From positions 1 through 60,449 of the forward strand of contig SVJP01000002.1 in NCBI GenBank assembly GCA_015068925.1: DNA of 60,449 nt, in the 5' to 3' direction. The position numbers and the translations under genes are program-made. The stretch comes from Oscillospiraceae bacterium (lineage in GTDB: Bacteria; Bacillota; Clostridia; HGM11514). The notes under the pieces are model-generated. The model ran no database searches and was not told where the DNA came from. It was given only the letters and a program-made list of their open reading frames with translations. Positions 9,690-17,196 of this stretch are shown here, one piece after another. Each line of letters begins with the position of its first letter. The first letter of the stretch is position 1.

Positions 9690-9740
9690 TTACTTTAGTA
9701 AACTTCACTATCAAAGATAACTTCACTTGCCATCCTTCGT

Positions 9741-9792
9741 CAAAGCAAAAACCCCAAAACGATCAAAGGTTTAGTCCTTCTTCGTCTTGGGG
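9741..9792 (-). terminator. Intrinsic terminator after rnpB
   Basis: On the minus strand: CCCCAAGACGA...TCGTTTTGGGG hairpin (9752..9792) followed by TTTTTGCTTTG. Confidence 0.6.
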
Positions 9793-9808
9793 TTGTCTTT
9801 TAAAAATT

Positions 9809-10168
9809 GTGAGCAAGCCTATAAGCCGAGTTCTGTATTTGACAGTCATCTATCTAGGCTGTACATTTCTGCACAGCTCAAGCCACGTCACGGAATCAAA
9901 TACGCCGGGCAAGCGCGCATCAAATGATGCCTTCCGTATCAGTGTTGCACCAGGTGGGGTTTACATGGCCGGACGGTCTCCCGCCCGCCGGTGAGCTCTT
10001 ACCTCGCCTTTCCATCCTTGCTTGCAATCAATTGCGTCAGCGGTTTATTTCTGTTGCACTTTCCTTAGAGTCGCCTCCACCGGGAGTTACCCGGCACCCT
10101 GCCCTATGGAGCTCGGACTTTCCTCATTCGCGCCTTACGGCACGCCCGCGACTGTCTGGCTTACTCAC
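9809..10168 (-). ncRNA. rnpB: RNase P RNA, bacterial type A
   Basis: The minus strand carries the universal P4 strands GAGGAAAGTCCGAGCTC and ACAGAACTCGGCTTATAG. It also has GGTAAGAGCTCACC and an 11-bp P1 (GTGAGTAAGCC/GGCTTGCTCAC). Length is about 360 nt. Confidence 0.9.
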
Positions 10169-10176
10169 AGTTTTTT

Positions 10177-10205
10177 ATTATAACATAGATTACTAAAAAA
10201 ATCAA
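10177..10205 (-). promoter_or_regulatory. Candidate sigma-A promoter of rnpB
   Basis: On the minus strand: TTGATT, a 17-nt spacer, then TATAAT. The -10 ends 8 nt before the predicted rnpB 5' end. Confidence 0.6.
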
Positions 10206-10207
10206 AT

Positions 10208-11722
10208 TTATTTAAATTGATACAGCTGATAGATAATCACAGCTGCCTGTGCACGGGTTGCATTTTCCTTCGGACCAAATTGTCCGTCACCCATACCGTT
10301 AATCACACCGCCCATCTGCATAGCAGAAATCGCATCTTTTGCATAATCAGCAATGTCTGCTTCGTCTATAAAGGCAATTTTCTCTGCCGTTTCAGGAATG
10401 GTCAATCCTGCAATTCCTGCAGTACGATATGCCATTGCAGCCATTTCCTGACGGGTAATCAGAGCATCGGGACGGAAGGTGTTATCATCATAACCTGCAG
10501 TAATTCCGCATTTTTTCGCACTTGCAACAGCGGTATAATACCATTGTTCTTCCGATACATCGGAAAAATCACAAGTTGCCTCCTCATCCAACAAGCCAAA
10601 TGCTCTTGTCAACATTGCAACAAACTGAGCACGGGTTACTTCCCCGTTAGGAGAAAAAACTCCTTCTGCGATACCGCTAACAACACCATCTGCTGCCAAA
10701 GCAACAATTTTTTCAGCCGCCCATGGAACAGAATCCAAATCATTAAAAGTAATGACGGGTGCTTGCGGTTGTTCCGTTCCCGGTTCCTGTGTTCCATCTG
10801 AAGCTTCCGGTTCTTGAGGTACATCATCTTTTGTATCATCCGGCTTCTGAACTACAGTATCGTCTGCCTTATCTTCTTCTGCAGAAACGGTTACTTCCAA
10901 CAAGGAGAATAATCCTTGATTGTTTTGATATCCTTCTACATTCTGCAATGTTCCGCGGAACAAGTACTTTCCGGGAGTATTGCCATCGTAAGAAGACATA
11001 TATCCTGTCCAGGTCATACCAAACTCTTTTACGGTTCCATCATCCAATCTGGCAGAAACGGTACTTGGTAACAGGGAAACAATCTCTTCTGTACCAAAAG
11101 GAACGGTGATAGGATCAATAGGAAGAATTTCCGTAATCAAGGCGTCTCCTTTTTCACCCACAATATAGGAAACTTTTTCATAATTCAAATCTGCCAATTC
11201 AACAGCAGAGCCTAAGAATATCTTTGCACCTGCAGGAAATGTTTCTTCATATGCAGGGGCAGTTTCTTTTTCTGCTACCTGCAAATTTATGTCACCTTGT
11301 CCAATTACTTCAAAGGAAATTGTAAACAAAGATAATTCACCCGATGCAACTTCAAAACCTTCTTCCAGATATTGTTCAGGGTCCATTCCAATAGTATAAC
11401 GAACCAAACCCTTATTGTTATCTATTTTATCATAAACCTTTTTCATAATACCGCTATCTGCTAAAATTTGAGACATTTCCGGTTTTTGAACACATTGTAA
11501 CACGGTAGGATTATAATAGATTTCTACATCAGATGCATAAAATTTCTTAGAGGAAATATTTTTCACGCTAACTTGCACAGAAATATTGTCTCCAACGGAA
11601 ATACTTTCTTGATCTAATGTAATCACGACTTTCCCTGTATCTTCTGCTGCAAATACACACACAGTCATAGAAAATACCAGTACAATTGCAAGAAATAAAC
11701 TAATTGCTTTTCTTTTCATCAT
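10208..11722 (-). CDS. Cell-surface protein: signal peptide, cohesin-like domain, Ig-like (Big_4-type) module, acidic linker, 3 SLH repeats
   Basis: 504 aa. The N-terminal signal peptide ends VCVFA. The cohesin-like segment reads VVITLDQESISVGDNISVQVSVKNISSKKFYASDVEIYYNPTVL...LFTISFEVIG. The C-terminus has FNDLDSVPWAAEKI, FSDVSEEQWYY and DEADIADYAKDAI SLH motifs. Confidence 0.75.
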   Translation of the reverse strand: MMKRKAISLFLAIVLVFSMTVCVFAAEDTGKVVITLDQESISVGDNISVQVSVKNISSKKFYASDVEIYYNPTVLQCVQKPEMSQILADSGIMKKVYDKIDNNKGLVRYTIGMDPEQYLEEGFEVASGELSLFTISFEVIGQGDINLQVAEKETAPAYEETFPAGAKIFLGSAVELADLNYEKVSYIVGEKGDALITEILPIDPITVPFGTEEIVSLLPSTVSARLDDGTVKEFGMTWTGYMSSYDGNTPGKYLFRGTLQNVEGYQNNQGLFSLLEVTVSAEEDKADDTVVQKPDDTKDDVPQEPEASDGTQEPGTEQPQAPVITFNDLDSVPWAAEKIVALAADGVVSGIAEGVFSPNGEVTRAQFVAMLTRAFGLLDEEATCDFSDVSEEQWYYTAVASAKKCGITAGYDDNTFRPDALITRQEMAAMAYRTAGIAGLTIPETAEKIAFIDEADIADYAKDAISAMQMGGVINGMGDGQFGPKENATRAQAAVIIYQLYQFK

Positions 11723-11748
11723 TGTTACCTCCTAATCCGTTTTGAAAC

Positions 11749-11778
11749 AAATGGCTGCCTTAAATAAGACAGCCATTT
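11749..11778 (-). terminator. Hairpin between the two SLH genes (weak terminator or attenuator)
   Basis: On the minus strand: AAATGGCTG..CAGCCATTT stem followed by GTTTC. The T-tract is poor. Confidence 0.4.
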
Positions 11779-11803
11779 TATTGTTTACTTTATAAGATTA
11801 ATC

Positions 11804-14311
11804 TTACAGTTCACACAATTTGTAGATGATAACTGCAGCCTGAGCTCTGTTTGCAGTAGCTTTAGGTGCAAAGTTTCCATCGCCCATACCGTTGATGATC
11901 TGAGCACATGCCAGCAGATTTACAGAATCTTTTGCATATCCGGAGATTTCATCAATGTCGGAGAAGTTTACGTTAACCAAAGTAGGCAGAACAACACCTG
12001 CAACTTCTGCAGCATGTTGAGCCATTACAGCCATCTGTTCACGAGTGATGGAGTCGTTAGGACCAAATGTTCCGTCACCGTAACCGGATACGATACCCAA
12101 TGCACTTGCAGTTTTAACAGTATTGTAGTACCAGTCACCTTCGTTCACATCGGTAAAGTCAGCACCTGCTTCATTGGAAGTCAGCTTCAGAGCTCTTACC
12201 AACAGACTTGCAAATTCAGCTCTGGTTACGTTGTCAGCGGGTGCATACAGAGTTGCACTCTTACCGGAAACGATACCATCTGCAGCCAGTTCGCAAATCA
12301 TACGAGTAGCCCAAGAATAATCTCCCAAGTCAGTGAAAGGAATTACCAAAGGTTCAATATCATCATCTTCTTCTCCACCCAGAGTAACAACTGTGCTGGG
12401 ATTCAAAGCGATTTGTACTTTAAAGGATGCAGCAGAGGTTGCACCGTAAGCAGTAATTTCCACAACACCGGGGTTGTTAGCAACCAGCTTGCCATCCTTG
12501 GTAATCATTCCGATGCTGGAATTGCTGGATGCCCATGTTACGCTTTCAGAAGCCTTCAACTGAACAACCTGACCGGTCAGCATTGTTTTGGTAGTACCAT
12601 TTACTACCTTGTTGCTCATGTAAATGTATACATCATTAGTTTCTACTATCGGAGGCTGCAGAGGATCAGCTCCTTCAACTGTTACTTTTGCAGTTACGGT
12701 TACATCTCCAACCTTACCGGTCAAAGTATATGTTCCTTTTGTTTTTGCATTGAAGTCCTTGGAAGCATCGTCCCAAACAATGGATTCTGTACCAACGGTA
12801 CCATCCTGATATTCAACGTTTACAGTTGCAGGGAACAGGGAAATCAGCTTCAAAGTAGAAGATGTTTTTGTTGTCTTATCTTCCAGAACATCAGTTACTT
12901 TTGCAACTACCTTTTCAATAGCTTCTTCTACAGTTACCTTAACTTCGATAGTATCAGAGTCTAAGGTTACATTTTCAGGAGCAGTGATTGTACCAACAAA
13001 GGTATATTCACCTGCTTTTGCAGCATCATAATCTGCAGAATCCCAAGTAACAAATGCAGCTACAGTTGCATCGCCAACTTTAACGTCAACAACATTAGCC
13101 AAAGTAGCAATTACATCTTCCTTGGAAGCACCTGCTTCATAAGGAACGGTTACGTCTGCAAATGTTGTTTCAACAGTACCTTCTGTTGCTTCTTCAATCT
13201 TTGCACTAATCTTCAGAGTGAAAGCACCCTTCACTTCAGCAGTGTTCAAATACTTAGCGCCTAAATCCAAAGCACCTTCAGCAGCTACATCACCGGTAGT
13301 TACACCTGCTTCGTATGTATAGGTCCAAGTTACAGGTACTTCTACTTCTTTGTCGTTTGCCAATTTAACAGTAGCAGTAGCAGGCAGCAATGCTTCTACC
13401 TGTTCAGCAGTTGCACCAAAAGGTACATTTACAGAACCAGCAACAGCTTCAGCAATTTCAACCTTATTTACTACAACCTTAGCAGAAGCGGTTTTGTCGG
13501 TTCCTTCAACAGTACCAACAAAGGTATATTCCCCGGGAATTTCTGCATCATAAGCATCACAAGCCCATGTAACAGCTGCATCAGAAACACTGTCATCATC
13601 ATACTTAACCTGAACTTTTGCAGGCAGTTCTTTTACTACATCTTCCAAAGCAGTATCAACATCTACATTAACAGGTTCAGCAGGATTGGTTACTTCGGTA
13701 ATTGTTGCTACACCAATGCGGATAGCAGGGTCAACCAATGTAATGTCAGCCAATGCTTCAGCATCGCCCAGATTTACTTTGTAACCTGCAGGGAAAGTAT
13801 CAAATGCTTCGGGAGCTTCGTCCTTTACAGCAACCTGCAAACCTGTTGCACCGGTTGCTTTAACATTAAAACGAACCTGAACAACAGTAAATGTACCGTC
13901 TGCACATGCAATGCTTTCTTCGGTAGAATCCTTATGCTTACCAAATGCATACATTACCAAACCTTTGGTGTTGTCAGCAGAAAAGCTTACTCTTGAACCA
14001 TAACCTTCTTCTTCATCTTCGTCATAGAAGTTATCGCATTCAATCAGAGCATCCTTTGCTTTCGTAGAAGCAACTTCCAGAACTTCAGGATTGAAGTAAA
14101 CTGCAACCTGAGCAGATCTGAATTCTTTTGCTGCGATATCTTCCAACTTGATAGCCAGATTAAATGTATCTCCGGCTTTTAAAGTGGTAGTATCTTTGTC
14201 AGCAACCAAAGTCAATTTCGCAGTATCTGCATCAGCAGAAACAACGAATGCGAAGCTCATTAAGGACAATGCCAGAACGAGCAAGAGTGAAATACCTTTT
14301 TTGAGTTTCAT
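11804..14311 (-). CDS. Cell-surface protein: signal peptide, cohesin-like domain, about 4 Big_4-type Ig repeats, Big_2 domain, 3 SLH repeats
   Basis: 835 aa. The signal peptide ends VVSADA. The cohesin-like segment reads LTLVADKDTTTLKAGDTFNLAIKLEDIAAKEFRSAQVAVYFNPEVL. LPA(K/T)V.V...D....V.W...Y....GEYTF.GT modules recur. The C-terminus has FTDLGDYSWA, FTDVNEGDWYY and FSDIDEISGYAKDSV SLH motifs. Confidence 0.75.
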   Translation of the reverse strand: MKLKKGISLLLVLALSLMSFAFVVSADADTAKLTLVADKDTTTLKAGDTFNLAIKLEDIAAKEFRSAQVAVYFNPEVLEVASTKAKDALIECDNFYDEDEEEGYGSRVSFSADNTKGLVMYAFGKHKDSTEESIACADGTFTVVQVRFNVKATGATGLQVAVKDEAPEAFDTFPAGYKVNLGDAEALADITLVDPAIRIGVATITEVTNPAEPVNVDVDTALEDVVKELPAKVQVKYDDDSVSDAAVTWACDAYDAEIPGEYTFVGTVEGTDKTASAKVVVNKVEIAEAVAGSVNVPFGATAEQVEALLPATATVKLANDKEVEVPVTWTYTYEAGVTTGDVAAEGALDLGAKYLNTAEVKGAFTLKISAKIEEATEGTVETTFADVTVPYEAGASKEDVIATLANVVDVKVGDATVAAFVTWDSADYDAAKAGEYTFVGTITAPENVTLDSDTIEVKVTVEEAIEKVVAKVTDVLEDKTTKTSSTLKLISLFPATVNVEYQDGTVGTESIVWDDASKDFNAKTKGTYTLTGKVGDVTVTAKVTVEGADPLQPPIVETNDVYIYMSNKVVNGTTKTMLTGQVVQLKASESVTWASSNSSIGMITKDGKLVANNPGVVEITAYGATSAASFKVQIALNPSTVVTLGGEEDDDIEPLVIPFTDLGDYSWATRMICELAADGIVSGKSATLYAPADNVTRAEFASLLVRALKLTSNEAGADFTDVNEGDWYYNTVKTASALGIVSGYGDGTFGPNDSITREQMAVMAQHAAEVAGVVLPTLVNVNFSDIDEISGYAKDSVNLLACAQIINGMGDGNFAPKATANRAQAAVIIYKLCEL

Positions 14312-14377
14312 AAATTAGTCCTCTCTTCTTTAATTTTTTATGTTAACCATTACTTTCGTAATAATATTAACCAAATA

Positions 14378-14923
14378 TTAAGTATTGAAATTATTAACAA
14401 CCAAGTTGTAATCTTCGATATCTACATAGCCGTCTCCTGTTCCGTCGGCTCTTTCATCAAAGGTAGGTTTGTTAAAGTTATTAACAACCAGGTTATAGTC
14501 TTCGATGTCTACAAAACCATCACCGGTCAAGTCACCTTTCTTACCTTCACCAAAGTTAAGAATCGCACTTGATACGGATGTTACACCGGTTCCGCCTACA
14601 TAAGCGGTAAATTTCTTCCCTGTGAATTTTTCCTGGTTGATTGCCAGGGAGAATGAAAAAGTACCATCTTCATTCACAGGAGCCTGATCCACATAAGCAA
14701 TTTTGTCATCAGACAAGTTGCTCAAGGAAGTAGAAGATTCTACCACAACGATAGTAATCTGGGCATCAGCCGCAGGATCACTCATTTTACCGGACACTAC
14801 TGCAGTTTTTGCTTCCTTATCTACATCAGGTGCGTCCAGCTGGATTGTTGCCGCAAATGCACTGCATGACAAAATCATAACAAATACAGTTGCCAAGCAA
14901 ACCGCTTTCAAAATTTTTTTCAT
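14378..14923 (-). CDS. Small secreted dockerin-containing protein (Ig-like N-domain plus a type-I-like dockerin)
   Basis: The ORF is 14378..14950. The likely start is the ATG at 14921..14923 (MKKILKAV), 8 nt after AAGGAGG. The signal peptide ends SAFA. The C-terminus carries two Ca-binding dockerin segments, GDLTGDGFVDIEDYNLVVNNFN and DGTGDGYVDIEDYNLVVNNFN. Confidence 0.8.
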   Translation of the reverse strand: MKKILKAVCLATVFVMILSCSAFAATIQLDAPDVDKEAKTAVVSGKMSDPAADAQITIVVVESSTSLSNLSDDKIAYVDQAPVNEDGTFSFSLAINQEKFTGKKFTAYVGGTGVTSVSSAILNFGEGKKGDLTGDGFVDIEDYNLVVNNFNKPTFDERADGTGDGYVDIEDYNLVVNNFNT

Positions 14924-14977
14924 ATTGTTTTCCTCCTTTTTTACTTGCAAATATGCAAAGAGTCGATATGTATTTCT

Positions 14978-15006
14978 ATTATAACACTAAAAAACAAATT
15001 TTGCAA
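14978..15006 (-). promoter_or_regulatory. Strong candidate sigma-A promoter of the dockerin/cohesin unit
   Basis: On the minus strand: TTGCAA, a 17-nt spacer, then TGtTATAAT (extended -10). It lies about 55 nt upstream of the start at 14923. Confidence 0.6.
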
Positions 15007-15047
15007 GTGTTTTATGTTAAAATTATGTTTCAATTTGAAGAAATTTT

Positions 15048-15680
15048 TTATTTTTTTAAGTCTTTGGAAAAAATCCCAAGTAAAATCCCTTGTTTGACAT
15101 TGATTTTTGCCTTTTCTTCCACAATTTGATTGCTCACACCCAAACTGTCTGCCAAATAATATGTGGCATTCTCCACAGGATAAGCAACACCTTCTACCGT
15201 TACATCCTTTGCATCACCATCTAAAGGCAGTAAAGATAAATACCATCCTTCTCTTTTTGGCAGTATCACTTCAGATGATATCAAGAACACTTCGTTATTT
15301 TCGTTTCGCAAAATTCCTTTTCCGCCTCGCTGATGGATGTATCTTAATAGGTAGAAATTGGATAAGCTGTGATCCCATCGGGAACCCACACCGCCCAAAA
15401 TCCAAAGTTCTGAGCATCCCTGTTCCAGGCAATAATCCACCGCCAAAAAGGAATCTGTTGCATCCTTTCGAACAGGATAGGTCATTTTGGGAATCTCAGG
15501 CAATCCCCCTTCAGATGAATCAAAATCTCCAATTAACATATGGGGAACCAACCCCAGAGCCTGCGCATGACGGTAACCTCCGTCCGCACATACGATTAAT
15601 GCATCCTTTTTGATGGGAAGCTGAAAATAAAATTCCGGGTGCTCTAACTCTCCGGCACAAAAAATTACAGCTTGTCTCAT
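15048..15680 (-). CDS. thiN: Thiamine diphosphokinase
   Basis: 210 aa. It has the CADGG...GDFDS motif and overlaps the rpe stop by 4 nt. Confidence 0.85.
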   Translation of the reverse strand: MRQAVIFCAGELEHPEFYFQLPIKKDALIVCADGGYRHAQALGLVPHMLIGDFDSSEGGLPEIPKMTYPVRKDATDSFLAVDYCLEQGCSELWILGGVGSRWDHSLSNFYLLRYIHQRGGKGILRNENNEVFLISSEVILPKREGWYLSLLPLDGDAKDVTVEGVAYPVENATYYLADSLGVSNQIVEEKAKINVKQGILLGIFSKDLKK

Positions 15681-16324
15681 GCCATTTTCTCCAAAAATTT
15701 TTCAACCGTTCCTTTAATATCAGTCTGTCCAAACACAGCAGACCCTGCCACAATCACATTTGCACCGGCATCTAATACGGTTTGCAAATTATTCAGTCCC
15801 ACGCCGCCGTCAACCTCCAAATCCACCTGTCGGGAGCCAATCATTGCTTTGACTCGGCGAATCTTATCCGTTACTTCAGAAATATATTTTTGTCCTCCAA
15901 AACCGGGATTCACTGACATTAGCAACACCATATCTGCATCATTTAACACATAAGAAAGACAGCTTTCATGGGTAGCAGGATTCAGTGCAATTCCTGCTTT
16001 TTTCCCGCATTCATGAATTTGTTGAATCACACGATGAGCATGCTGTGTCGCTTCTGCATGAAATGTAATCACATCTGCTCCTGCTTCTGCAAACTGCTCT
16101 ATGTACTGCTCGGGATTGGAAATCATCAGATGCACATCAAAAATCATTCCGCTTTTTTTCCGCAAATCAGAAATCACAGGAAGCCCAAAAGAAAGATTAG
16201 GCACAAAATGCCCGTCCATTACATCTAAATGCAAATATTGCGCACCGCCCTGCTCTGCCTGAGCAATTTGCTCCACCAAGGAGGAAAAATCACAAGCAAG
16301 GATAGAAGGGGATAAAATATTCAT
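15677..16324 (-). CDS. rpe: Ribulose-phosphate 3-epimerase
   Basis: The ORF extends to 16345. The likely start is MNILSPSILACDF at 16324, after AGGAG. It has HLDVMDGHFVPN and MSVNPGFGGQ motifs. Confidence 0.9.
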   Translation of the reverse strand: MNILSPSILACDFSSLVEQIAQAEQGGAQYLHLDVMDGHFVPNLSFGLPVISDLRKKSGMIFDVHLMISNPEQYIEQFAEAGADVITFHAEATQHAHRVIQQIHECGKKAGIALNPATHESCLSYVLNDADMVLLMSVNPGFGGQKYISEVTDKIRRVKAMIGSRQVDLEVDGGVGLNNLQTVLDAGANVIVAGSAVFGQTDIKGTVEKFLEKMA

Positions 16325-16335
16325 GGCCATCTCTC

Positions 16336-17196
16336 CTATTTCCATTTCTTAAATTCTTTTAATTGATGATACAGCTTTCTGTAGCTTTCCAAACGAAAGT
16401 TACTGATCATATTTTGCTCTGCCGCTTGTGCAACAGCGCAATCCGGTTCCCCAATATGATTACAACCGCGAAACCGGCAACCTTCTTCAAAAGACAAAAA
16501 CTCAGGAAAATACTGTTTCAATTCATTTTGCTCCATGCGATCCACTTCAAAGGAACCAAAGCCGGGCGTATCCATCACATATCCGCCTTCCGGTAATTCC
16601 ATTAATTCCGTATGACGAGTGGTATGACGTCCCCGTTCAATTTTACTCACAGAACCCGTTTCCAAATCTGCATCAGGCAAAATACGGTTAAGCAGACTGG
16701 ATTTTCCAACACCGGAATTTCCTGCAAAAGCAGATGTTTTGTCTTTCAGCATTTGTCCCAACCGTTCCATTCCCTCGCCCGTCTCTGCACTTACGCAACA
16801 CACCGGATATCCGCACTTCTGATAAGAATCAATCAAATCCCGGTCTGTTGTTAAATCTGTTTTATTAAAACAGATGACGGCAGGAATGGCACGTATTTCT
16901 GCTGCGACCAACATTTTATCCAACAGCACCGGATCCGGATCGGGAGAACACACCGCAGCCACAATCACAATCTGATCCAAATTGGCAACTGCAGGTCGAA
17001 TCAATTCATTTTTTCTTGGTATAATCTTTGACAGAGCCGGATTTCCGGCTCTGTCCAATTCTAATTCCACATAATCACCAACCAAGGGAGTCACACCTAA
17101 ATTCCGCAAAACTCCTCTGGCACGACACTCAATGAGCTCGTTTTCTGTTTTCACATAATAGAATCCACCGATTCCTTTTACAATCCGTCCCTGCAT
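16336..17196 (-). CDS. rsgA: Ribosome small-subunit-dependent GTPase A
   Basis: 286 aa. It has circularly permuted GTPase motifs (NKTDL, GNSGVGKSSL) and a C-terminal Zn-finger CRFRGCNHIGEPDCAV. Confidence 0.9.
   Translation of the reverse strand: MQGRIVKGIGGFYYVKTENELIECRARGVLRNLGVTPLVGDYVELELDRAGNPALSKIIPRKNELIRPAVANLDQIVIVAAVCSPDPDPVLLDKMLVAAEIRAIPAVICFNKTDLTTDRDLIDSYQKCGYPVCCVSAETGEGMERLGQMLKDKTSAFAGNSGVGKSSLLNRILPDADLETGSVSKIERGRHTTRHTELMELPEGGYVMDTPGFGSFEVDRMEQNELKQYFPEFLSFEEGCRFRGCNHIGEPDCAVAQAAEQNMISNFRLESYRKLYHQLKEFKKWK

Noticed and set aside
9653-10196. ORFs 9653..9994 (+) and 9924..10196 (+).
   Set aside because: They overlap the RNase P RNA gene, whose conserved P4 and other motifs explain the region. 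The ORFs are artefacts of a structured GC-rich RNA gene.
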